The notes beneath the pieces are model-generated. The model searched no databases. It saw only the letters and a list, made by a program, of their open reading frames with translations, and was not told the origin of the DNA. Positions 9,447 through 18,361 of a stretch of 64,000 bases of DNA are shown in pieces. Made by a program: the position numbers and the translations under genes. The stretch comes from Candidatus Micrarchaeota archaeon (GTDB lineage Archaea; Micrarchaeota; Micrarchaeia; Anstonellales; Bilamarchaeaceae). The stretch lies in contig JBFMEZ010000025.1 in assembly GCA_040753215.1 (NCBI GenBank), positions 74,440-138,439 on the forward strand, given 5' to 3'. Every line of letters starts with the position of its first letter. The stretch's first letter is position 1.

Positions 9447-9891
9447 ATTCTACACCAACAACCTCTTGGGTAATTCTTTTTATAAACATGCGCCGAATCC
9501 GTCCGGAATAATGCGGCAGAGAATAACACAACGGGCTTAAAACTCCCGCATCACCAGACTCCACATGGTTTCCAGACTTAGTTTCAGGTCAGAGGCAGAG
9601 CTAGGCAGGTATGTGGAACAGTAGCAGGGCAAGCTGGTCCCTGGTCGAAACGGCTTCAGGAAGATACTCGACCCCGAGGGCATGATAAGGGCCAACGTAA
9701 TACAGAATACGGACGGCTCCATCAGCGGGACCCAGTTTGCGACCCCGTTCCACACCCGGCGGGCATACGAAGAGAGAAAGGGCCATATCGGCCAGCCGGT
9801 GGAAAGGAGGGCTGGAGGGCTGCGCAGCGGATTCTGGCCGCAGGAGTGCATGCTGGATTAGAAGTTTCCGGTTTCCAGTTTTTTCTTATTC

Positions 9892-10437
9892 CTACTTTAT
9901 TAACTTCCCCCGCGCGTCCTCTAACTGTACCCTGCCGACGTCTTGCTTCCTCCGCAATTCCGGCATCAGCGCACCGGAGAAATGCAAAGGTTCAACTTCC
10001 ATGAATATCTTTTCCATAAACCCGAAAATCCGCTCCGCCTCCTTCCTTTCCCCCTTCCTCAGGTGGTCGAACATCCTCCTTTTCAGCTCGCCCATGCAAT
10101 CCAGCAATCCATCCAGATAGGACTCATCTCCCACCCCGACCTCCTTCTGCGAAAGCACTTTTCCGTCCCTCGCAATCCCGAGGTAAACCATTCCCTCGGT
10201 GTATTCCGCCTTAGGGTGCTCCAGCCGCCACTCCAATCCCGTGGCATTCTTCTCCATTTCCCCGAGCACCTTCTTCGCCTCCCCGAGCAATTTCTCCGCC
10301 TCTTCAAAATTCCCCAGGTGCGTTTCCTTTATGGATTTTGAGCAGAGCCGCACGGCCTCCCTCTCCTTCACGATGAGCGAATCCAGCCGTTTCTCCTTCT
10401 CAAGCATCCTCTTCTCAATCTCAGAAACAAGTTCCAT
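9892..10437 (-). CDS. All-helical hypothetical protein, possibly translin-like
   Basis: 181 aa, charged and helical. It has a GEL(K/R)R-like segment (LLDCMGELKRRMF) reminiscent of translin. This is a weak call. Confidence 0.3.
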   Translation of the reverse strand: MELVSEIEKRMLEKEKRLDSLIVKEREAVRLCSKSIKETHLGNFEEAEKLLGEAKKVLGEMEKNATGLEWRLEHPKAEYTEGMVYLGIARDGKVLSQKEVGVGDESYLDGLLDCMGELKRRMFDHLRKGERKEAERIFGFMEKIFMEVEPLHFSGALMPELRRKQDVGRVQLEDARGKLIK

Positions 10438-10523
10438 GCCTTATTCTCTCACTCCTGCTTAAAAAACTCTTTCCAAAACCCGCAGTCCCCGGTTTTAAAA
10501 CATTTCCTATCATAAATAATAAC

Positions 10524-11537
10524 ATGGCTGAAACCACCTACCAGCCGCAGACACAGCAAAGAATCCTGCAGGTGCCCGCCGCTGAGCAAAAAGACGCATT
10601 GTTCCGCAAGCATCCGTTCCTCAAGCACTTCGGCACCAGGCAGCGCAACAAGGCCGGGGAGTGGCTGATGGTGCTGGCAGAACGTGAAAAGCTTGTTTCG
10701 TCGTTTGTCCAGTGCATTGTGGATGAACTTGCAAGAAAGGATGCACGCGAGAAGATGTGCTCTCTGGTGGCGGGTCCTTCTCCCGAAGCAATGGATAAGT
10801 TCATAGAAGCCGCGAAGGCAAAGGCCGAAGACTATGGCATCGAAACAGATGGCTTGAGACACGAATCTGTGCTAGAGAAAATAAGGCGGAGCCCCTTAGA
10901 TGCGGTCGAGATAACAGTATTGGCAGATGTGCTTCGTGCCAACGGAATCTTCTTTGGCCGTTATGGCCACAATATAGTTGACGCCTTTATCGCGGACATA
11001 ATCAAATATGCATCGTTCCCCTTCATGACTAAGCCGGCGGCGTATGTTCTTTGTAAAGATACCATGTTGTTTTTTGGGAGGGTTGTCGAGCCAGGGTCCC
11101 CCCTCTTCTTTTTTATGCCATCCGCATGGGCTGACGGGCACCAGTTTGTAATACCCCACTCACGGTGGTATAGATCCGAAGCGCTTTGCCCCGAAGCCAT
11201 ACAGCACGAAGCACAACACATGTTCGATGCTAATGCAGGGATTATTTTCGAGAATATTGAATACACACCATACCTTGCTGGATTTGCATTTGCACCGGAA
11301 GTACGCGTCTATCCTCAGTTGCCAGACCCAGGGCCTCATTCTTCAGCCCGTTTGCGCATCCACAACGAACTCATGGCGCTATTCGATTTCGGCGATGCCA
11401 TCAGGCTAATTTCTTTGTCTCCAGAGCAGGTTAATGCAGCCGCGCTCGCGCTGTTGAATGCCGAATACAAGAGGAAGATTGGCTTCACCTACGATGAGCT
11501 GGTCGCACCGTTCAAAGAATTGCAACCCGTCATCTAG
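10524..11537 (+). CDS. Hypothetical protein with an HExxH motif (possible zinc metallopeptidase-like)
   Basis: The motif reads AIQHEAQHMF. The gene is lower in GC than its neighbours, and no other domain was recognised. Confidence 0.4.
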   Translation: MAETTYQPQTQQRILQVPAAEQKDALFRKHPFLKHFGTRQRNKAGEWLMVLAEREKLVSSFVQCIVDELARKDAREKMCSLVAGPSPEAMDKFIEAAKAKAEDYGIETDGLRHESVLEKIRRSPLDAVEITVLADVLRANGIFFGRYGHNIVDAFIADIIKYASFPFMTKPAAYVLCKDTMLFFGRVVEPGSPLFFFMPSAWADGHQFVIPHSRWYRSEALCPEAIQHEAQHMFDANAGIIFENIEYTPYLAGFAFAPEVRVYPQLPDPGPHSSARLRIHNELMALFDFGDAIRLISLSPEQVNAAALALLNAEYKRKIGFTYDELVAPFKELQPVI

Positions 11538-11577
11538 TTTTTAATCCGTTCCCTCCATTACTGCACATGGTGCTCTA

Positions 11578-12228
11578 ATGATAGTCCTCAATCTTAAGAA
11601 TTATTCCGCCTCCTTCACCCGCTGCCTCGCCCTCACGGACGCGGCCGCGAAGGTCTCCCATGATTCCGGCATGCGCATAATCGTGTGCCCCCCTCCCACC
11701 CACCTAAACTGTTCCGCCTCCATGTACAAGGACGTCTTCGCCCAGCACACGGATGCGTTCGAGCAGGGCGCGCACACAGGTTTCCTCATTCCGGAGGCGC
11801 TCAAATCCATCAACGTAAAGGGCTCATTGGTAAACCATTCCGAGCACAGGATAGGCACGGAGAATGTAGGAAAAACCGTTTCCCTGCTCAAAACCCACGG
11901 ATTGGAAACCGTGGTTTGCGGAGAAAATGCGACAGAATGCGCAGAATTAGCCAAGTTCGGCCCGGATTACATCGCGGTTGAGCCACCCGAACTCATCGGC
12001 TCAGGCATTTCAGTTTCCACAGCGAAGCCCGAAGTGATTACTTCTACAGTAGATGCAGTAAAAGCAGCCAACCCTTCCGTCCGCGTCCTCTGCGGCGCCG
12101 GAGTCTCCACAAAGGAGGATGTAAAGAAATCCCTGGAATTGGGCGCAAAGGGAGTCCTGCTCGCCTCCGCATATGTGAAGGCAAAGGACCCGGTCAAGTT
12201 TTTGCAGGAGTTCGCCGGGGCGTTCTGA
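11578..12228 (+). CDS. tpiA: Triosephosphate isomerase (archaeal type)
   Basis: The NHSEHR active-site motif is present and the protein is ~216 aa. Confidence 0.85.
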   Translation: MIVLNLKNYSASFTRCLALTDAAAKVSHDSGMRIIVCPPPTHLNCSASMYKDVFAQHTDAFEQGAHTGFLIPEALKSINVKGSLVNHSEHRIGTENVGKTVSLLKTHGLETVVCGENATECAELAKFGPDYIAVEPPELIGSGISVSTAKPEVITSTVDAVKAANPSVRVLCGAGVSTKEDVKKSLELGAKGVLLASAYVKAKDPVKFLQEFAGAF

Positions 12229-12344
12229 AAAAATGTGCCAGTCCGTGTCCGTTTAAATATTTCAGTACATAATACAACCATGAACTCAAGACGTTTGCAA
12301 TTTGTTCAGTTGGGACTGCCCATTCGTACCCGGAAGCAAGGAGA

Positions 12345-12947
12345 ATGGCTGCAAGCCGGGACATGGAACTCCCCGCTTACAAGTTGCTTGACAGATATTT
12401 CCTGAACCATGCTGGTTCCGGAATGGCCAAAGAACTCCTTGCCCACCCGGAAAAGGACGGCGTTTTCCAGAGAGGAAGGGACATCAGGGATTCCTTATCA
12501 GACCTCTCAATCCCGGCGTCTGAAGTGCCTCCGCAGGCATTCGGAAGGAAAGGAATCGGGATGCTGGTGGTGCCGAGGGATGGGGAAGAGGGACTGGAGG
12601 CAAGCAAAGGGCGGACATACGTCCATCCGCAGCCCATAGCAATTTTCAATGGAATGGTACAGACCTCCGGTAGATGGGTGTACGGATGCATGCCGCATGG
12701 CAACTTGGGGTTTCCAGTCGCAATGTCAATCTACGATACGTGTGCAGAAGATACGAAGAGGTCGCTTTTACGGACTGCGGGCGAGGGCATTAGGCCTGTC
12801 AAGTGCGGGTGCGTCATCGTAAAGGGCGCATGGTACAACAAATTCGTCTACCTGGGCGGCAGTCCGTCGTATGGTCTTAGAGTGGTTGGAGTGCTTCCCT
12901 CCAGCGAAAGCGCCCCGCAGCACTATTATGGACTAGGCGGCAGGTAG
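12345..12947 (+). CDS. Hypothetical protein inside an inserted island
   Basis: 200-aa ORF with no recognisable motifs. Confidence 0.35.
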   Translation: MAASRDMELPAYKLLDRYFLNHAGSGMAKELLAHPEKDGVFQRGRDIRDSLSDLSIPASEVPPQAFGRKGIGMLVVPRDGEEGLEASKGRTYVHPQPIAIFNGMVQTSGRWVYGCMPHGNLGFPVAMSIYDTCAEDTKRSLLRTAGEGIRPVKCGCVIVKGAWYNKFVYLGGSPSYGLRVVGVLPSSESAPQHYYGLGGR

Positions 12948-13142
12948 CGTTTTAGGGGAATGCCTTAGGCCAATTATGGAACTTATCTGGGCAGCCCAAA
13001 ACTTTAGCCGTAGAATATCTGCCTTAGTGAAAGGTCCTTGGGCAAACTGACATGCACCCACTTCTTTCTTTCAACCCATCGTCTTTCCATATCTGTTAAT
13101 AAACATATCGCACGTAATATACATATCAAACAGGTGAAAGAA

Positions 13143-13364
13143 ATGGTAAGCATAACACTGTCCGTCCCTCTGGAGCTGAAGAAGGAGATGGAGGTCTTCC
13201 CGGAGATGAACTGGAGCGAGGTCGCGAGGCAGGCGATAATCAGGAAACTGCAGATGCTCAAGAAGTTCAGGGAATTCTCGAAGGAGAGCAAGCTCACAGA
13301 AGATGATGCGCTGCGGCTCGGCCAAGAAGTCAGCGCGGCGGTTTCAAGGCGCCACAAGAGATGA
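13143..13364 (+). CDS. vapB: VapB-type antitoxin (RHH/CopG-like)
   Basis: The protein begins MVSITLSVPLELKKEMEVFPEMNWSEVARQAI, typical of archaeal VapB antitoxins. It sits immediately upstream of a PIN-domain gene. Confidence 0.6.
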   Translation: MVSITLSVPLELKKEMEVFPEMNWSEVARQAIIRKLQMLKKFREFSKESKLTEDDALRLGQEVSAAVSRRHKR

Positions 13365-13368
13365 AGGG

Positions 13369-13764
13369 ATGCAGCTCGTGGTGGATGCGAACATCCTTTT
13401 CGCTGCCCTGATAAAGGACAGCAAGACAATCGAGCTTCTTTTCAGCGATTTTGCGATGTTCTTCGCCCCGGAATTCATACTTGAGGAATTCCAAAAGCAC
13501 AGGGACGAAATCCTGCAAAAGACCAGCAGGAGCCCGGAGGAGTTTGATTCCGTATTCGAAATCCTTAAGGAAGTCATCATCGTTGTGCCAAAAGAGGACT
13601 ACGAAGGCATGCTTCCCGCCGCGGATAAAATCGCCCCGGACCCTAAAGACGCCCCCTATCTCGCCCTTGCGCTCAAGTTGAACATTCCGATATGGAGCAA
13701 CGATAAGAGGCTAAAAACCCAAAACGAAGTGAACGTATACAGCACAAAAGAGCTTTTGGGATAA
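13369..13764 (+). CDS. vapC: VapC PIN-domain toxin
   Basis: The protein begins MQLVVDANILFAAL, with a conserved Asp in the first strand. It is ~130 aa and lies directly after vapB. Confidence 0.65.
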   Translation: MQLVVDANILFAALIKDSKTIELLFSDFAMFFAPEFILEEFQKHRDEILQKTSRSPEEFDSVFEILKEVIIVVPKEDYEGMLPAADKIAPDPKDAPYLALALKLNIPIWSNDKRLKTQNEVNVYSTKELLG

Positions 13765-13999
13765 GCAAAGGACCCGGTCAAGTTTTTGCAGGAGTTTGCG
13801 GCGGCATTCTGAAAAGTGTGGTAATAGCTTCTTAAATATTCCCATATACTAATACCTTTATGAACGCTACAATTCATGCAGCAAGATTGATCCGCGGCCC
13901 GGCGCTGGAAGTGCTCGTCCCCAGGAGCAGGGGCGTGCCTTTTGACGAGGCGCTCGGGGTTGCGGAGCGGGGAAGGATGTTATTGCTTCAAACCTGAGA

Positions 14000-14563
14000 T
14001 TGCACAGGGCACAAACAACCGGGGAGTGGAGGGCCATTAGAGAAGTTTTTGCATGCTGGACGGGTACAATGGTGGGCTTCGTGGAGCCGGGCGAAAGGCT
14101 TGGGGAGGCAATTGTGTGGAACGAGCCCGGAACAGCCATTGAAAGGGTTTTCCCGGTTCCAAAGAGGTTCAGGGAGCTGAGGGATTGCGCCCTTGTTGTG
14201 GAACATCCATATTACACTATTGAGCCAAAGGGGAATGAAAGGATTGTCAGGGCAGAAAGGGGAAAGGTGGAAGTTGTAGAGGAATTGCCACCTGAGGATG
14301 GCTTTTATCTTATAGACCCGAAGCACGGCATCCCGCAGGGAAAAAAAGTGGAGCCAGAAGGTCGGGTGGATTTGGCAAATCTGTCTAGGATTGCGAAAAG
14401 GGTGGGCCTTGTTGCCTGCGGCAACAACAACTGGGGCGGCTACGTCAGGCGGTACGTCGACGCGGTCTACCAGGTGTCCTGCAGGCTCGGGGTGGCAGTG
14501 GAAGCCCCCGGAGGGGGCGCGCCGAAAATGCACCGCCAACACAGAGGAGAAGCGCTGGAATAA
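14000..14563 (+). CDS. Hypothetical protein
   Basis: 187-aa ORF within the island. No motif was recognised, and the start is uncertain. Confidence 0.35.
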   Translation: MHRAQTTGEWRAIREVFACWTGTMVGFVEPGERLGEAIVWNEPGTAIERVFPVPKRFRELRDCALVVEHPYYTIEPKGNERIVRAERGKVEVVEELPPEDGFYLIDPKHGIPQGKKVEPEGRVDLANLSRIAKRVGLVACGNNNWGGYVRRYVDAVYQVSCRLGVAVEAPGGGAPKMHRQHRGEALE

Positions 14564-14860
14564 GCCAAGCGCCTCGCGCAAGGCGCGGCATCTGCAGTTG
14601 AGCATCTAGGCACGGTGGTCGCAGCCGAGCGCCTAGAAGAGATAAGGGCGTTGATTGCGGCAGTTGAAATTGAGCATTCCACCCATCTCTGATGGGTGGT
14701 GGGGGGTGGAATGCAGCTGTCAAAATGCTCCCAGTGCGAGCGCCCTTGCAAGCCACCGGCCTGCGGCCGGTGGTGGCGCGAGCATTTTGACAATCTCTAG
14801 CCCGCCAGCGCGAAAACATATAGTCCAAACTATGCAAATATCATAGCCGGGACTATATTT

Positions 14861-16297
14861 CTATCTGACCGGCAAGGAGTCAAACATCCGCGTTATATCT
14901 TTCAACTCCAGCCCAACCACCCCCCGCTCTTCCATGTATCTTTTCGCAGATGGCGTAAATCCTGCCTTCGCAACGACCAGCATCCTTACGTTTGAGCGCT
15001 GTTCATGCGTGCAGGAAAGGAAGGAAATCCTGCTCTCAAGCTCCGCCACAACCTGCGCGTCAGCAGGCGTGTTCTCCCACTTCACCTCGCCCACGAGCAT
15101 GGATTTCTTCCCAAGCGCTACGATATCCATGTCTCCCTCCTTGCGCCCCCACCAGCTTCCAAGCTCGTAGAACTCCAGAACCGCGTCCCCAAGCTTTTTG
15201 CCGTTCCATTTCGCCAAAAGCTCCTTCACCACGCTTTCAAACACGCGCCCTTCGAAAGCAGGCATCTCCGCCGCAATCCTTTCCTTGACATAATTGTAGT
15301 TCTCTATCTCAAGCGCGGAAAGGTTCCTGAACACGAAATTGTACCAGAAGGCGAAGAAATTGTCCTGGAAAACATACTGCGGCCGGTGCTTGCCGCAGAG
15401 GGGCGTAATCTTTTTTATGAGCTCAAGGTACTTCTCCAGCTTGTTCAGGTAAAAACCCATCTGGCCTGCGCCAATCCCGGTCTGGTCAGATATTTCCTTC
15501 GGATTCCTGTGCCCGCCAGCAATTGCTGCCAGGATGGAATTGTACCTTCCCGTATTCTTCAGCTCCATCCGCAGGAGCGCCTGCGGCTCGTCGCGCAGAA
15601 GCCCGTCCTTCTTCAGCATTGCCGCCTCCACAACCCCCATGTACTTTGAAGCGTCGGTGCACTGCTCCGCAAAGCGCAGGTAGCTCGGCATCCCGCCGTA
15701 AGTTGCATAAAGCTTCATGAGCATCCCTTCATCAATCCCCGGAAGCGCCTGCCTGAACGACTGGTAGTCAAAAGGGCGAAGCTTTATCCGTGCGGTCGCC
15801 CTCCCAAAGAGAGGCGATTTGCTGCTTATCGCTATGCGTTGTATCGCGCCAACCGCTGAGCCGAGGAAAACAACCATTATCGGCACATCTTTGAGCTTGG
15901 TGTCCCATAATTTCTGGAACCTAGTGAAGGCCCTCGGGTCCGTGCGCATTCTCTGGAATTCATCAATCACTACGACGGTCTTCCTTTCCCCCGCCCTCTC
16001 ACCGAGAAATGAGAAGAAAGACTCCCACGCCCTGAAGTCTGCCCTGACCTCCGGCCACGATATGGATACATCTTCGGATATTGAACGGAGCATGTCCGCA
16101 GGAGCCCTCTCGTCCACGAGAATGTAAGCTCCTTCGTCCTTGGGAACGTTGTCGGCGAGGAATTTCCTTACAAGCTCGGTTTTCCCAACCCTCCTCCTGC
16201 CATACAGGATGATTAGTTCCCCGCGGCGCAGGTTCTCAAACCTCTGCCTGAAAGTTTCCAGCTCCTCTTTTCTGTCGGTGAATTTTACCATGCACAA
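14861..16297 (-). CDS. Archaeal ATPase family protein (AAA+ Arch_ATPase with C-terminal DUF234-like domain)
   Basis: Walker A reads GRRRVGKT and Walker B reads VVIDEFQ. The C-terminal winged-helix/DUF234-like region is of a type common in archaeal accessory regions. Confidence 0.65.
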   Translation of the reverse strand: MCMVKFTDRKEELETFRQRFENLRRGELIILYGRRRVGKTELVRKFLADNVPKDEGAYILVDERAPADMLRSISEDVSISWPEVRADFRAWESFFSFLGERAGERKTVVVIDEFQRMRTDPRAFTRFQKLWDTKLKDVPIMVVFLGSAVGAIQRIAISSKSPLFGRATARIKLRPFDYQSFRQALPGIDEGMLMKLYATYGGMPSYLRFAEQCTDASKYMGVVEAAMLKKDGLLRDEPQALLRMELKNTGRYNSILAAIAGGHRNPKEISDQTGIGAGQMGFYLNKLEKYLELIKKITPLCGKHRPQYVFQDNFFAFWYNFVFRNLSALEIENYNYVKERIAAEMPAFEGRVFESVVKELLAKWNGKKLGDAVLEFYELGSWWGRKEGDMDIVALGKKSMLVGEVKWENTPADAQVVAELESRISFLSCTHEQRSNVRMLVVAKAGFTPSAKRYMEERGVVGLELKDITRMFDSLPVR

Positions 16298-16363
16298 TAC
16301 TTATAGTTCAAACTATATAAATGTTATTGTTTCGGCTATAACTTAGAAAACCAGCACAAGTAG

Positions 16364-18268
16364 TCATCCGTAAAATATCGGCCTCAGAGACAATTCCTTG
16401 GGCATGCTGAGCTGCTCAAATGGTTTATCCGCAGTTTTCTTCTTAATCTCCGCAGCCAGCTCCTCAGCCTTCATCTCTTTCTTTTCCCCGGTCTCACGAA
16501 CAGTAACAGAAAGCTTGCCGCTCTCCATTTCCTTGTCCCCAACCACAGCAACATAAGGAACCCAGTCCTTTTCCGCCTGCCTTATCTTCTTTGCGAGGCT
16601 TTCCTGCGTATCATCGATGTCCGTCCGTACCCCCTCAAACTTTGCAAACAGTTTCCCTGCATATTCCAGATGCCTGTCTGCAATAGGAATAATCCGCACC
16701 TGCGTTGGAGAAAGCCAGAGCGGAAGCATCGCCTTCTCCCCCTTCTCCATCCTCATCGCTTCCTTCTCCAAGAGAGCATAGACCACCCTTTCCAGGCTCC
16801 CGGAAATGGATGCATGCGTAATCACGGGCTTCTTCCTGCTTCCATCCTCATCCACATAATGGATTCCGTACGTGCCTGCATTCTCCACATCAATCTGCAC
16901 CGTAGTAAGTGCAGAAGCCTTGTCCATCGAATCCAAAAAGTTGAACTCAAATTTCGTAATGAAGTACGCATACCTCTCATCAAACATCTCCACAAGCACC
17001 GGCTTTCCAATCCTCTTCACCATCCTCGCATACCATTCCTTATTTTTCTCATAGAAATCCGTCTCTATGCGGAAGCCCACCTCCGCCTTCTCAAACAACC
17101 CAACCGAAGAAAGCCAGGAAATCCCAAGCCCAAGCTGCCTCTCAAACTCCTCCTGCGCCTGTGGAATGTCCCTGCAGAGGGCGTGCATATCCGGCATCGT
17201 GAAAGCCCGCAATCTCTTCAGCCCGGCGAGCTCCCCTCCCTGCTCGCGCCTAAATGAATAGCGCGTCAATTCATACATTTTCAAAGGAAGGTGCCTGTGC
17301 GAAATCACCATTCCCGTGGCCATCAAAAACTGCCCGAAGCAGGCGGAGAACCGTAAAAACAGCTTCTTCTCGTCCGAAAGCACCACATACTGCCTCGCAG
17401 GGAAGCGGTCAAGGTATTTCTTCAGCGTCGGGTGCTCAAAATCATACATCACGGGCGTCTCCACCTCCATCGCCCCATAATCCACGCAGAAATCCGTTAT
17501 GTCCTTCTCAAGTATTCTTTTGATCAGCCGCCCGTTCGGGTACCAGCGGAAGTTCCCCTGATCCGTCCCAGGCTCGTAATCCACGAACTCGTGCTCCTTC
17601 ATTATCTTCACGTGCGGCGGCTCCTTCTCATACGCCCGCACCTTCTTGGCCTCATAGGTCATGAACTTATGCAATCCCTCATGTCCCTTGTAATTGAACT
17701 TCTCATGCTCAACCAGCTTCCCTTCCGGAGTAAGCACATAGAACCTGCTCTGCAGCCCCGCCTCCTTTTTTAGGGATTCCGAAACCCTCTCTTCGCTCTC
17801 CACGCCCTTTATCTTCATCTCCTTTTTCTCTGCCTTCATTCCCGGAGTGAAAACGCGCGAAAGCTCACTAAGCGGATGGCCTTTTGCCTCCACCTTGAAT
17901 TTTTTATAATAGCCGAAAGGCGCCCTAAGCACCGTAAACCCGTTCTCCTTCAGCGCCCCCTCGATATCCTTGAGCAATTGTATCGCCGCTTCCGGAGAGG
18001 ATGGCGTGCTCCCAAAAAGAAGGTGCGCATACGGATAAAGCATCACATTCCTGCATTTCACCTGCTCGGAGACAGACAAAAGGTCATCCACGGCCTGCTG
18101 CGCAATCCCGTTCAGGTCCTCCTCATCGCTCTTCTCCACCGCAATCCGGACCCAGATTACGTCCTTCATCTCGCCTTTTTCCATTTCCTTGGGAATAGCT
18201 TCCGCAAACTTGGTCTTCCTGGTGGTCTCGTACGAAACCCTGTCCGCATGGATGATAAGCTCCTTCAT
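16364..18268 (-). CDS. thrS: Threonyl-tRNA synthetase, archaeal type with N-terminal editing domain
   Basis: The protein has an N-terminal archaeal editing domain, class II aaRS core motifs, and a C-terminal anticodon-binding domain. Confidence 0.9.
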   Translation of the reverse strand: MKELIIHADRVSYETTRKTKFAEAIPKEMEKGEMKDVIWVRIAVEKSDEEDLNGIAQQAVDDLLSVSEQVKCRNVMLYPYAHLLFGSTPSSPEAAIQLLKDIEGALKENGFTVLRAPFGYYKKFKVEAKGHPLSELSRVFTPGMKAEKKEMKIKGVESEERVSESLKKEAGLQSRFYVLTPEGKLVEHEKFNYKGHEGLHKFMTYEAKKVRAYEKEPPHVKIMKEHEFVDYEPGTDQGNFRWYPNGRLIKRILEKDITDFCVDYGAMEVETPVMYDFEHPTLKKYLDRFPARQYVVLSDEKKLFLRFSACFGQFLMATGMVISHRHLPLKMYELTRYSFRREQGGELAGLKRLRAFTMPDMHALCRDIPQAQEEFERQLGLGISWLSSVGLFEKAEVGFRIETDFYEKNKEWYARMVKRIGKPVLVEMFDERYAYFITKFEFNFLDSMDKASALTTVQIDVENAGTYGIHYVDEDGSRKKPVITHASISGSLERVVYALLEKEAMRMEKGEKAMLPLWLSPTQVRIIPIADRHLEYAGKLFAKFEGVRTDIDDTQESLAKKIRQAEKDWVPYVAVVGDKEMESGKLSVTVRETGEKKEMKAEELAAEIKKKTADKPFEQLSMPKELSLRPIFYG

Positions 18269-18361
18269 CTGTAATACCTCTATAATGTAACCATGGTTAC
18301 ATGCCAGTTTTCAGCTTCCGGTCTCCAGTTTCCAGAACGGGAAACCCGAAACAGGAAACCA

